A stretch of DNA of 63,987 nt, the filler included, from Octopus bimaculoides (lineage: Eukaryota): the NCBI RefSeq assembly GCF_001194135.2. It is 9 parts of 8 records of this genome, joined end to end, with 100 filler letters (N's around TTAATTAATTAA, not from the genome) between each part and the next. Parts side by side here need not be neighbours in the genome. Positions count along the whole stretch, not along the records: positions 1 to 19,155 come from NC_068981.1; positions 19,256 to 21,654 come from NW_026323080.1; positions 21,755 to 25,316 come from NC_069008.1; positions 25,417 to 35,072 come from NC_068996.1; 5 more parts are not named here. One strand, given 5' to 3'. The notes beneath the pieces are model-generated. The model was not told the DNA's origin and did no database searches. It worked only from the letters and a program-made list of their open reading frames with translations. The translations under genes and the position numbers were made by a program. Below, one piece after another: positions 13,560 to 26,715 of the stretch; position 1 is the first letter of the stretch; the number at the start of each line of letters is the position of its first letter.

Positions 13560-15080
13560 ACAAAGTGTTAAATATTATTTTCATATCAAGATCGCATTGA
13601 AGTCAATCTATGACACTCATTACATACTCTAGTCCGGCCGGATAGCTCCTGGCTAGTTTTGTTTCGTTATTTACCTGATCTTTCTTCCATCACGTGTTGA
13701 ATGTTATTTAAACAATATATTTTGTGAGTCGTAGTATATGTAAGACATAAAAAAACGTGTCACTTATATTAAAGATATCATCAGAGCATCACTGTCTATA
13801 TTATTATGTTTAATTATGCTCTTCAAATTAAGGATACCATTATATTTATCTCCTTTCCATTTTCTTTTAGGGAGAGCTACAATTCAACGGGCTTTTTTTT
13901 TTCATACAATACGGATAAGACCTATTTTTTTCATATCATAATTATCATTGTTTTTGAGTAGCGTCTCATTTGTATTGATCGCATTAACGGCACTACGGAG
14001 CACAACTCTGTGTATCTTGGGTATGTTCTGTGTAAACATCTGGTTTTTTTAAAAATGTTCTATGATGTTAAAAGCGCTGTATGTAATATATGCGGAACTG
14101 TTTAATTGTGCTATTTCTCTTGTATCATGCTTGTTTGTAAGTTCTGGAAATTTGGTTATGTATTCGTGTGCCTGCTTTTAATCATTTAAAGATACCTATT
14201 ATTATGGGAATTGCTTCTGTTTCCCTCACTTTCTTTCTTGTGCATTATCGCCTGTTTAGACAGATAGTTTGTTTATGAGGCATTTCACTTCCTACAACTG
14301 ATATTTCATAATGGGAACCTAACGTCCTGCATGTAAATGCATTCATTATGCTAAAAAGAGGAAGTTAATTGTTTGTTTACGCCACTACATATAACGCAGC
14401 TATTTAATTTACGCTGCTAAGGTAAATTTTCTTCAATTCCATATATGTTGCAATTACTGAAGCGATTCTGCTGTATTTTGGTGGTTTCTGGTTAGTAGGT
14501 TTTAACTTTGTCCTATTGCACAAGAATCCTTCAGTTTAGATCTCAGTTCTACATTTTTCAAATGGTGCTGTGATTTCTAGCTCCCCTCTTTCCATGTTTC
14601 GTTTTTTTTAAGATCAGCTACGTAGTGATGTTTCATGCCATCACCTTAGCAAGGTATGCTGTAATCCGAGGCTTAGCTGAAGCGTTAGCATTGTTTCTTT
14701 TGGCAGTTAGTTATACCCTAATACCGACGTATGTGTATGCCTGTCTCATCTCTGTTACTTTATCTAACACATTGCTACTTTTTATAACTTACAAGTTTGA
14801 CTTCGTGATGCTTTTAATCTAATGTTATATCAATACCACTAGTAAATCTATGCAAGGTGTTCACGAATGTTTGAAGTGATTTCATGAATTTCATAATTTT
14901 TGGTCGCCTATATACAAAAAATTGTTCATTGGTTTTTGTGTGCATCGGCTTCTGTACGCAATGGCATTCGTGTCCATTCCCGTTTTAGCAGCATCTTAAA
15001 TTTTTGATAGTAGGAGTCTATCTGAAACAATCTTTACTAGAAATGTTGTTAATTTTCATATTTTCCTGCTATATGTATCT
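13560..15080 (-). mobile_element. Highly degenerate Penelope-like element (RT to GIY-YIG region)
   Basis: Only fragmentary motif echoes on the minus strand (GTAMGTRMAP-like near 14960; GILNLK-like terminus near 13820) and a decayed CTGATGA hammerhead core at about 13777-13783. Heavily mutated. Confidence 0.4.
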
Positions 15081-16656
15081 ACAGAAGTGTTTACTATTTA
15101 TCAACAGCGTGATAAATAGTAAACATTTATGTAAATTGTAGAATTCGGACCGATTCGCTTGGACCTAGAACAATCGGAAGTTAGCGATGATCTATGCTCT
15201 CGACAATACAAGATCTAGTTCCGATCCACTCTAAGATGAATATGAAAATGCCTGCTAAGTTTCGCACAAATATGCTCGTTCCGAAATGATATTCACTTCA
15301 AGCGCCAACTGAAGTGGTTCGTCAAAGCATTCAAATCTGCGTTATGAAGATTTATGGGTCTGATGTTTTCTATTATATCCCATTTATTCAGGTCCTTCCT
15401 TATCAGCGATGTGACATTCCAACACACTCGATTGGAAGAGCTCTTTAAGCCTGATGCTCCCTGCAATAAGTAATTTTCAGTGCAAGAGAGGACAAGCCTG
15501 TCATCTAGAAACAGAGCTCATAGGACAGATCTCTACTCCTTGTAATTTGCCTTTTGTATATTGGCTAAGTATATCTGATACATCATTACCTGAAAACGGT
15601 TTTTCGCCCCACTCGTATCCTAAACGTAGCTCGTGACAATACAGTTATAAAATTCATTTCTCTCCACTGCACAATTCAATGAGAAGAGTTTGAGAAAGTA
15701 CTGTTGGAAAGTTATAATCGTTAACTGAAAAGCATACATCTAGAGCGATACATCATAGAGAGGAAACTGTAGTTTGCTGGCACGCTAATTCTATGCTACC
15801 CGGCCCCTACAAAAATTAATTGTTACTTCATGTTTCGGAGCACGTGCCTAAAATAATAATATACATGGTTTTTATCACTCAACCGCTAAATTTAAATAAA
15901 TCATCGATGGAGTAGTGTTTCACAACTCGCAACCGTGCAACAAAAATATAAGAATTTCAGCCAAATATACTTCAATCGTACCCTAATATTAAAAGAGAAA
16001 ATAAAAAGAATAACACAGAGCTTAACGTTATTCTGTGTACGCTCTGTCGTAACAGTCTACTAGGACCACTTTGACCACAGATCTGTTCCTTGGGATAAAG
16101 CAATAGTAACAAAAGCAGCATGAACAATGCTTGGCGCTCCAGCTGTAGATTATATTATTGCATATTTATTTCATTGAAGTAAAGAGAATGTTATTACCAC
16201 TAAAATATCTCAGTTTTGTTTGCTCACTTGGCAAAATTTATGCTGGGAATTAATGCTGAAGTAATATTCATTTAAAGTACTTGCTTCGGATATATGTGTA
16301 TTTGAAATAGTGAGAAGGCACAGCAGGGAGCTTCAAACATTCCAAACTACACACGATTGAGATCAAATGGTGATAAATCAGTCAGGGATGCCGCAGATTA
16401 AATTGTAAATATTAAGATCCGATTTAATTCTTACATCAAATATTTATTAACATTTCTTTCTCTATTTCTCTTTTAATATCTCTCTCCCTTTTCCCATTGT
16501 GTGTGTGTGTGTGTGTGTGTGTATACACACATATATATATATGTACTCATATATGTATCTATATCATATGAGTGTGTATGTTTGTATATATATGCACACA
16601 AACACATGTATACACACACACATGTGTATGTATGTATGTTTGTATGTTTGTATGTT

Positions 16657-16698
<42 letters not shown>

Positions 16699-16702
<4 letters not shown>

Positions 16703-17972
16703 GTCATTAAAAATGAAATATCCGATTTTGTCATGCCCCAAGTTTAATAGTCATTAACCCTGTTTTAAACTGACAATTGTTCGTTTTACAACATTGAGGT
16801 GTTGCACTATCACTTTTCGAAATGCAATTTATTGTATTTGATTATATTGTGAGTTTTCTCTTGTAAATCAATTTGTGAACTCATGGCTATATAAAAATTC
16901 GTGTTGTTTATGAAAATGAGTTCAGTCGTGGAACCAATGCATCCCAGGCAGCTCGAAACATCAATGAGGTGTTTGGTGAAGATGAGGCAAATGAGCGCAC
17001 TGTACGTCGATGGTTTGAGAAGTTCCGGTTTGGTGATTTAACTCTTGAAAATCAGCCCCGTGCTAGACTTGAGACTAAGGTGGATAACGATGAGTTGGGA
17101 ACTGTAGTGGAAGCGGATACATCTCAAACTACGCGTAAGTTAGCAATAAGGTTTGATATTTCGATTCCATCTCTATTGGAAAATCTGAAACGAATCGGGA
17201 AGGTAAAGAAGCTGGACAAGTGGGTACCACACGAACTGAACGAGCATCAAATGGCACGTCGTCTTGAAACTTGCTCTTCTTTGCTGTCACGGCATAAAGG
17301 CGAACCATTTTTGTACCGTATTGTTGCGTATGGTGAAAAATGGATTCTTTACAATAATAGCAAGCGTTCTGCACGGTGGTTGGATAGAGACGGAGTGCCA
17401 AAACACAATCTAAAAAAGTATATTCATCAGAAACGCTAATAGTGTTTGGTTGTCCAGCACTGCTGTCGTCGATTACAGCTTCATGAGACCTGGTCAGTCA
17501 ATTATAGCAGATGTATACATCAACCTATTGGATGAAATGATGAGTGAACTTGCAATTAAACAACCGAGATCGGTCAATAAAGACAGGCTAATTCTCTTGC
17601 AGGACAATGTTCGACTATATGTTGCTCAAAGAATGCTACTCAAGTTACAGGAACTGAACTTGGAAGTACTCTATCATCCACCATGTTCACCAGACCATGC
17701 ACCAACTGACTATTATGTTTTCCAGGCATTGGACAACTTTTCGCAAGGAAAACAGTATAAATCTGAAGGAAATGTAAAAACAACCTTTCACGATTTCATC
17801 AACTCTTGCTCCCCATAATTTTTCGTTGCCGGCATAAATAAGCAACCGATAAAATGGCAAAATTGTGTTTAGAATTTAGGTGATTAGTTTGATTAGCTGA
17901 ATTACTTTTTGGTGAGATAAAGTAAAATAAATTTTCAGTTCAAAATCGGACATTTCATTCTTAATGAGCTGA
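16699..17972 (+). mobile_element. Full-length mariner (DD34D) DNA transposon, transposase inactivated
   Basis: The left TIR TCAGGTCATTAAAAATGAAATATCCGATTTTG (16699) matches the reverse complement of the right end caaaatcggacatttcattcttaatgagctga (to 17972) with 3 mismatches. TA flanks both ends and the length is about 1.27 kb. ORFs 16969-17439 and 17450-17818 carry the HTH region (TVRRWFEKFR), WVPHEL and PPCSPDHAPTDY (YSPDLAP-like). There is an early stop and a break between the two ORFs. Confidence 0.93.
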
Positions 17973-18234
17973 TATAAATATAAATATACATATACATAAG
18001 TAAAAGGGTTAAAAATTATTNNNNNNNNNNNNNNNNNNNNNNNNNNNNNNNNNNNNNNNNNNNNNNNNNNNNNNNNNNNNNNNNNNNNNNNNNNNNNNNN
18101 NNNNNNNNNNNNNNNNNNNNNNNNNNNNNNNNNNNNNNNNNNNNNNNNNNNNNNNNNNNNNNNNNNNNNNNNNNNNNNNNNNNNNNNNNNNNNNNNNNNN
18201 NNNNNNNNNNNNNNNNNNNNNNNNNNNNNNNNNN

Positions 18235-18314
<80 letters not shown>

Positions 18315-19199
18315 ACAAAGTAAATAGAAAATGGAGACATATTGATCAACAATTGACTAGCATCGATTATAGACGTTATCTCATCTAACAGCTGTTTCTA
18401 CTTCCGATGTTCCATGAGATTGCTATTGAAAATTCTGAAAATAATATTTATTTGGTAACACATCCGATCTGGAACAGGGAGTAAGTAAATAATTGTAATT
18501 AATTGATGGGCATTTTTTTAGGATAAATTATCAATTATTACTACCAACGAATCTTAAGAACTATTATGATTACTTCAAAACGTTATGGCACTATCACTCT
18601 CTCTTTTTCTATCCCGTTATAGTATAGTTTTTATTTTACAATTTTATTACTTATACATCCTATTACCACCAAAAAAAAATTAACCAACTAATTAATATTT
18701 AAGTTTAGTCATCTACTCAACGTCCTGAAGCGTCACACACGCAAAATGATATGATTTAGATATATTGAGCTTTTCTTCTTCTTCTCGAGGCTCTTCTTTT
18801 CTTTTCTTTTATGTATTTTTTTTCACTCTGATGAAGCTCCATGTTCCAGATAGGATGAATGTTATTTTCAGAATTTTCAATAGCAATACCGTGGAACATT
18901 GGAAGCAGAAACGGCCGTTAGATCGGATAAAGTCTATTTGTATTAAAAAGTAATAATCGATGTTAGTCAATTGTTGTTGATCAATATTTCTCCATTTTCT
19001 GTTTACTTTAAATTTGATTCCGGATAAACTCATGTTTACCCTTGTCATTGCCTGTAACCGATGAGCATAATAAGCTTACATATATATTCTCAGGGTTAAC
19101 ATACATAAAAAATTATAATGGCAGTAAAACGGATATTTGTATATCTTAGACGGTTNNNNNNNNNNNNNNNNNNNNNNNNNNNNNNNNNNNNNNNNNNNN

Positions 19200-19211
19200 T
19201 TAATTAATTAA
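19200..19211. other. Assembly spacer TTAATTAATTAA inside a 100-bp N block (also near 21699, 25361, 35117, 47813, 50862, 56981, 62811)
   Basis: The identical 12-mer has stop codons in all six frames and is always centred in N runs, so it is an artificial gap marker. Confidence 0.95.
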
Positions 19212-19255
19212 NNNNNNNNNNNNNNNNNNNNNNNNNNNNNNNNNNNNNNNNNNNN

Positions 19256-19299
<44 letters not shown>

Positions 19300-19516
19300 G
19301 CTTTTTTCTTTATATATAGAACCGTATCCATTTATTCCTCCAACGAATTTAAGAAATAAGAATTTAATTTAGAAATTCTTTAAATAGACAGAATTTAAAG
19401 TTATCAACAGCTTACAACGGAATACTCGTCAGGATAACCTTCAGTTTATATGTTTATTTATTTGTTTATTTCCACATTCAGTCACAATTTACCAAGTTTC
19501 ATATTTATTTTCGCTC

Positions 19517-20120
19517 ATGGCAGGTCTTCCAGATGGTTCATCGTCCAAGGAAGACGATGAGCCATCTGGAAGACCTGCCACTAACGTCATGCCGAGAAAT
19601 GTTGTACTGTGCGTCGAGAATTCGCTCCCTGGAGCCAGACCGTCAATCGAGAGTTCTACTGCGACGTTTCGAAGCGTTTCAAGGTTGACATTCAGCTAAA
19701 GCGACCGGACCTGCGGAAAGCGAAGAATTAGATTCTTCACAACGACAGTGCACCGTGTCACCGAGTTCTCTTCACTCCTGAGTTTCTTACCAAAAAACAG
19801 CATGGTATCGTTTTCGCCACCCCATCCCACTATTCACCAGATTTAGCACCTGCAGACTTCCATCTCTTCCTCAAGATGAAAAGGCAGCTGAAAGGTCGCC
19901 ATTATACGACCGTTATCGAGATCCAGAGCCAATCGCAGAAGGTCCTCGACTCGCTTAGGGAAAACGACTTCCATGCCGGATTCCAAAAGTGGCATGGACG
20001 CTGGGGCCGGTGTATTGCTGCACAAGGTGACTATTTCGAAGGAAATGATGTTCAAACTTCGGTAATTGAGTTACTTTTAATTAAACATAAGAAGTCCTGT
20101 AACTTTTTGATACCACCTCG
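19517..20120 (+). mobile_element. Internally deleted and rearranged mariner (irritans-like) derivative
   Basis: The N-terminal linker KEDDEPSGRPAT (19517 ORF) is joined to the C-terminus MKRQLKGRHY...FQKWHGRWGRCIAAQGDYFEG (19876 ORF). The right TIR aactttttgataccacctcgta ends near 20120. No left TIR seen. Confidence 0.8.
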
Positions 20121-21059
20121 TATGTCAAAAATAATTCGTAAAACTAGGATAGATTAAACGTAACTAATTTTAACTTAAATTCCTATTGCTTATATGAGTA
20201 GCACTGTAAATAAATTTAAATTAAAAATAAAAGTATTAATTACAATGTAGATTTTGTGGATATTATAAATGCTTCTTTTTTTAAAGAAAAAGAAAACGTT
20301 AACTTCTCATTATGATTCACTATAACTTCATAATTAAAATTTAAATATTTGAAAACGATATANNNNNNNNNNNNNNNNNNNNNNNNNNNNNNNNNNNNNN
20401 NNNNNNNNNNNNNNNNNNNNNNNNNNNNNNNNNNNNNNNNNNNNNNNNNNNNNNNNNNNNNNNNNNNNNNNNNNNNNNNNNNNNNNNNNNNNNNNNNNNN
20501 NNNNNNNNNNNNNNNNNNNNNNNNNNNNNNNNNNNNNNNNNNNNNNNNNNNNNNNNNNNNNNNNNNNNNNNNNNNNNNNNNNNNNNNNNNNNNNNNNNNN
20601 NNNNNNNNNNNNNNNNNNNNNNNNNNNNNNNNNNNNNNNNNNNNNNNNNNNNNNNNNNNNNNNNNNNNNNNNNNNNNNNNNNNNNNNNNNNNNNNNNNNN
20701 NNNNNNNNNNNNNNNNNNNNNNNNNNNNNNNNNNNNNNNNNNNNNNNNNNNNNNNNNNNNNNNNNNNNNNNNNNNNNNNNNNNNNNNNNNNNNNNNNNNN
20801 NNNNNNNNNNNNNNNNNNNNNNNNNNNNNNNNNNNNNNNNNNNNNNNNNNNNNNNNNNNNNNNNNNNNNNNNNNNNNNNNNNNNNNNNNNNNNNNNNNNN
20901 NNNNNNNNNNNNNNNNNNNNNNNNNNNNNNNNNNNNNNNNNNNNNNNNNNNNNNNNNNNNNNNNNNNNNNNNNNNNNNNNNNNNNNNNNNNNNNNNNNNN
21001 NNNNNNNNNNNNNNNNNNNNNNNNNNNNNNNNNNNNNNNNNNNNNNNNNNNNNACACAC

Positions 21060-21095
<36 letters not shown>

Positions 21096-21464
21096 ACACA
21101 CACACACTCACACACACGCGTATTCTAGATGAAATATGATCGGTTTGATCATTCAGTTTTTACTTAGTGATATTTTCCTTATCAGCTTTTCTTCTCTAAA
21201 GAGTTCTAAAGCAGAAGGGCAGTAATAAGGAATTAATTTGGTCACCATGTTTCATTTTGTAAATTTCAGAGACACACCCAAAGAAACACGCCAGGCAGTC
21301 TGCGCACGTACGGGGATTATCAAAGCTATGTTGCTATGTATAGAGTAGTCTTGGCTGTATATTTCTGGGGTGACGTGTATATGCATGCATGCATGTATGT
21401 GTATGTGTGTCTTTGTGTGTGTGTGCGTGTATACATGTATATATATACATATATATAAATATAT

Positions 21465-21654
21465 AGGCACAGGAATGGCTTGTAGTAAGAAGCTTGCTTC
21501 TCAACCACATGGTTCCGGGTTCAGTGCCACTGCGTGGCATCTTGGGCAAGTGTCTTCTACTATAGTCTCGGGCTGACCAAAGCGTTGTGAGTGAGTATGG
21601 TAGACGGAAACTAGAAGAAGCCCGTCGTATATATATATATATATATATATATAT
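21465..21654 (+). mobile_element. SINE family B 5' half running into an expanded (TA)n and a gap
   Basis: gcacaggaatggcttgtagtaagaagcttgcttctcaaccacatggttccgggttcag...gaagcccgtcgtatatata. Confidence 0.85.
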
Positions 21655-21754
21655 NNNNNNNNNNNNNNNNNNNNNNNNNNNNNNNNNNNNNNNNNNNNTT
21701 AATTAATTAANNNNNNNNNNNNNNNNNNNNNNNNNNNNNNNNNNNNNNNNNNNN

Positions 21755-22143
21755 TTCCTTAGTAACACGTTCCTTGTTACAGGTACCTTCATATGATACG
21801 TTTTCATCTACTCCCAGGTATCTGTAGGATTCCTCATCAGATATTGGAGAAACAGATAGGCCATTGATGGAGATGTTGTTAGGGTGGTTTTTAGCCCTTC
21901 CTCGTTCCACAACCATATAGGAACATTTATCTTGGCCAAACTCTAGTCCTACATCACCAGAAAATGTTGTGACCAGGTCGAGGCTTTTTTTCATATCATC
22001 CATGTTCTTGGCATACAATTTCAAATCATCGACAAAAAAGCAGTGCGTAATTTTGGTGTGTCTGTTTGCCTGTGTTCCAATTAGATACCCTTCAGACTTC
22101 TTCAGCATGTATGATAATGGGTTTACCGACAGTATGAACAGCA
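21755..22143 (-). mobile_element. R4/Dong-like reverse transcriptase fragment
   Basis: KITHCFFVDDLKLYAK (RT catalytic FVDD), DVGLEFGQDKC and ESYRYLGVDEN. The 5' junction lies directly at a (CATA)n tract; the 3' part is in a gap. Confidence 0.85.
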
Positions 22144-22509
22144 TGTATGTATGTATGTATGTATGTATGTGTGCATGTACGTATGCAGTGTACATGCGTA
22201 TGCATGTATGTATATATGCATGCATGTATGTATGTATGTGAGCATTTATGTATGTAAGTTTGTAAACGTGTCTGCGCGTGTGTATATGTGTATATATATG
22301 CACACAAACATATGTCTATGTACTGATATGCGTATCTCTTCAAGTCGTATATATGACTGTAATTCTGTCGAAGGTTGTATGTATATATATTTACTGTAAA
22401 AAAACAAATCGTATTTTCCGTTGTCAGATCAGTCTAATCGAAAGGTTAGAGTTTCTTCCCCTTGGACCCCCAAGAAGCATATGGAACCAAGATGAGAACC
22501 ACTAGCTTA

Positions 22510-22810
22510 TATAAACCCTGAACGTAGTGACTGGTAGAAGCATTAGTTTATTAGAACAATAGGAAAATGCTTTGCAGCATTTGTTCCAGGTCTTTACATT
22601 TTGGGCTCAAATTCTGCTGAAGTCAGCTTTGCTTTTCATCCGTCATTGATAAAACAAAGTTTCAGTCAAAATTGTTGGCATTAGAAATCAAGTTTAGTGG
22701 AATCGTAGAATCATTAGGGAGTCAGTAGAAATGCTTTAGGGCTTTTCTTCTTGCTCTTTATGTTCTGAGTTCAAATCCCAGAGGTCAACTTTACCTTTCA
22801 TCCTTCTGAA
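22510..22810 (+). mobile_element. Two degenerate SINE family A fragments
   Basis: Repeated ttcaaat...gtc(a)actttgc..tttcatcc cores at about 22600 and 22770. Confidence 0.55.
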
Positions 22811-23304
22811 TTTATCTTTTAGCTGTTTCGGTTATTTGACTGAGGCCATGCTGGGCACTGCCTTGAAGAAAGAAAAGATAAAAATGATGGGCGGTGGTAG
22901 TGGTGGTGGTGTTGAGAAAAATGTAGGGTTGGTATCTAGCTTCAATAACTTATAATCAAAATTTGAAGGGCCTACAATGGCCTGGTGAGGGTCAAAAATG
23001 TGATGATGTTGTTGGGAGAAAGATAGAGGACCACCATGGATCATTTATTCACACATATAGCTTCAACAATAGACGTCTCCCTTTGCATCGCCCCCTCCCC
23101 AACCAGCAACGACAGCGGTCATCTGACATGCTAGAAATAGTAACCAAGTCTCCTTCATAGCACACCCTACTTTCTTATACATGTATGAACCGATATGAGT
23201 GGCTAGATCTGATAGAAACACCACTACTACCACCGTCAAAACTACCACCACAAATAATAATGGTTTCAAATTTTGCCACAAGGGCAGCCATTTGGAGGAG
23301 GGAT

Positions 23305-23595
23305 GTGTCGATCATATGGACCCCAGTGTTCAGCTGGTACTTATCAGCCCAAAAGAATGAAAGGCAAAGTCGACCTCAGTGGAATTTGAACTCTGAACGT
23401 AGCGATGGGCGAAATACCGATTTCTTTATTACCCACAAGGGGCTAAACACAGATGGGACAATACACACATGCGGAGACAATTAACACATGATAGAATGGA
23501 ACAATGAAATTAAACAATAATGATGGGACGGCCACCTTTGGGTGGAATTTGAGCTCAGTACATAGAAACGGACGAAATGCTCCTTATCATTTTAT
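23305..23595 (-). mobile_element. Nested SINE family A fragments
   Basis: aaagaatgaaaggcaaagtcgacctcagtggaatttgaactc and the tail tttctttattacccacaaggggctaaacacag. Confidence 0.7.
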
Positions 23596-24239
23596 CCGGC
23601 GCACTAACGTTGGTGTTGATGGTAGAATTGATGGTGGTGGTGATGTTAGTATTGGTATTATTATTTGTGGCGGAAAGGCGGCGAACTGGCAGAATCATTG
23701 ATATTACCCCCATCACTTCTATCTCCAAAACTACCATCACCACCTTTTCCACCGCCACCACCATTACCACTACTACCACCATCACCACTACTACCACCAT
23801 CAACACTTATTAACACTACTACCCCTCACCACCGACAGCAACACGATGACGACAACCATCACCACTATCATCACCATGACTGCCGCCTCTGCCGCCGCCG
23901 CCAACAGCAGTAGCAAAGCAAGAACAAGCACCATAAATGGAACCATAAATTTTCTTACAGTGAATCTAGCTCAACACAGCGCAATACCTTTCCGTCTGTC
24001 TCCGGCACTTTCCGTTACACGAAGAACGAAACCCCTCTTATTCTTGCCCCCCCCCCCAGAATACATTGGTTATTAATAGAACGTTCTCAAGTAAAGATAT
24101 TTGCAGGTAAGAAGACGACTTCTTATATTTTCTTCTTTTTCTTTTTAAAAACTTAATTTAAATACAATACGATGGAGAACAAAAAAGAAAAAAAGTAAAG
24201 CGGTGTGGGGGGTCAATAAGGGGAACAAATAAACCGGTT

Positions 24240-24870
24240 AGTGGGATCCTTTACATAATCAACTCAGCCTATTAGAAATAGCAGCAAAGTAAAGAATACT
24301 CTTCGCAAATCACATTCTACGAAAGGGCGCATTAAATGATGTAGTTTTAGACGATCGTATATGCTCAATAAACCAGAACAGTAACAAATGTAATATATTT
24401 AGTGCATAGATCTATTCGACGGGACCCGATCCTCGCGGATGCGGGAGCCTGAAACTTGTAAAAACTTCTATATGTCTGGCCGTCAGTCCTAGACGAAAGA
24501 GTATACAAACTTTTTGTTCGAACATAAAAACAATATGATAGAGAGAGTAAAAGAAGAGAAAACAGCAATTGGGAGCAGTTTCGGGTAAGTTATTAAGTAA
24601 CGAAGGAGGCCTCTACGTGGTCACTCAGTATGCTGGAAATAGCAGTCGAAATTTTCTGAAATTGCGCACTCAATGTGTTATATAAGGACATGAAGGACAG
24701 AGCGTAAGATAATGTAGTTTTCGACAGGCGGGATTGTCAAGGCTGGAGTCACTTTGGTGATCATTTTGCTGGAACAGGTTTCACTTGGGAACTGAACAGC
24801 GATAGCAATAAAATGCATATAGTAGCTAGACCTGCTAAAAACAGCAGCCAAATCTGTTCCAAATTACATC
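24240..24870 (+). mobile_element. Dispersed repeat family C fragments (ctagaaatagcagccaaatc... / ataatgtagtcctagata), also near 23125, 28930-28995 and 39280
   Basis: The same motifs recur at several positions in the window; family not named. Confidence 0.5.
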
Positions 24871-25118
24871 TGCAAGTGCGGGCACGCATATTCATACAAA
24901 CATACATACATTATATACATCGCGCAAATATTATTTACGATAGCATCGGCCGGCCAAAGCCTTACTATATAAGATATACAGGCAATGTTTGCCGAAGATT
25001 TAGACCATTAACGAAACATTGCCGCTATATAATTCACTCCACACCACCCGTCCTCCGCGTCTAGAGTTAGGGTCAGGGTTACGTTTAGGGTTACACCGAA
25101 AACGAGTGGGGTGCGTAT

Positions 25119-25316
<198 letters not shown>

Positions 25317-25437
25317 NNNNNNNNNNNNNNNNNNNNNNNNNNNNNNNNNNNNNNNNNNNNTTAATTAATTAANNNNNNNNNNNNNNNNNNNNNNNNNNNN
25401 NNNNNNNNNNNNNNNNGTTTCTATTATCCTCTTGAGC

Positions 25438-26160
25438 TAAATGTAATGGATTGGCTTCTCAACGGCCTCCGAAAACTTTCTGGTAACATTTTTTTTTTTT
25501 TGTTTCCTTCACAGCAAACCCAAGACTCCTGAGCATCATGGGAATCCTGGTTCCAACAAATCCCCTGACACCTATCTATATAAGACGGCATATTGACACC
25601 CATCCATTATCTTCACAGGCTTCAACCAACTCACTGTATTTTCTGTCTTCCCTGAGAAAAGCATTTTCGATATTTACCTCCTAGGGAATTGTTAGGTCTA
25701 CGATCTTTACCACTTGTCTTTCCTTGCAAACCTAAGATGAATTCAATGTCTGTTGGTTGTAAAAATGCAGGATGTGATATTTATCATCAAGGTCACCAGA
25801 GATCTCACAAGTCTCCTCCTATTTTGGATCATTCTTCTTTATAGTGATTGTCTTGTAACGCCCGCCTTCCCTGCAAATCCTTTGTATTCCCATGCTTTAC
25901 TGTTTGTGGTCTTTAATTTGTTTTACCTACTCCGCCACTGCATTAGCCTCTACACCAAGCACTTGCTACTCCGAATTGTTTATACAACAATCTATCAGCT
26001 GATGTTCTCCATTGTAATGAAAATATGTTCTTCCCCCATTTTCACATAGTTCTGAGGTCAAAGATTATGAGTAATTCTCGGAGCCCCAGAGCTCAGCAGT
26101 GCTACTTGACGAAGTAATAGTTGGCGCCATATCTTTCGGGAGTAATTGTCAAATAGCTTT
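25438..26160 (-). mobile_element. Degenerate HERO/NeSL-like RLE retrotransposon 3' region
   Basis: Manual minus-strand translation gives IQRICREGG, CEISGDL, DLTIP*EVNIENA and RKYSELVEACEDNGW...IGVRGFVG, matching the ELTVPWE...KY..L...GW...EVGCRGF pattern. Confidence 0.6.
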
Positions 26161-26339
26161 AGGTGTGTTGGTGTGTGTGTGTGTGCATGTGTGTGCGAAT
26201 ATGTGTCACTGTTATTACATTTTTTTCTCTGAGTCTCATAAAACCAGTTACCATTTACTGTGGCTTCTAAATAACTAAGGTCACAATAAACCCCCTGGTT
26301 CGTAGCAGCGCTAAAGGCCAGCTTTTTAAGGGGAGGGTT

Positions 26340-26715
26340 AATTTGGGTATATCGACTCCAGGACTTAACTGGTACTTTATTTTATCAACCCCGAAAGGAT
26401 GAAAGGTAAATCTGACAGAGGCGGGATTTGAACTAAGAATGTAGAGACGGAAGAAATTTTGCTAAGCATTTTGTCAGACGTGTTAACGATTCTTATTTCT
26501 TTATTCCCCACAAGGGACTAAACATAGAGGAGACAAACAAGGACAAAGGTATTAAGTCAATTACATCGACCCCAGTGCGTAACTGGTACTTAATTTATCG
26601 ACCCTGAAAGGATGAAAGGCAAAGTCGACCTCGGCGAAATTTGAACCCAGAACGTAACAGCAGACGAAATACCGCTAAGCATTTCGCCCGACGTGCTAAC
26701 GATTCTGCCAGCCTG
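26340..26715 (-). mobile_element. Two tandem SINE family A copies
   Basis: A partial copy at 26340-26490 and a near-consensus copy at 26495-26715. Confidence 0.85.

Noticed and set aside
23504-24076. His/Pro/Thr-rich ORFs as a low-complexity exon
   Set aside because: Degenerate (ACC/GGT)n triplet repeats between SINE fragments are open in several frames, as expected for such repeats.
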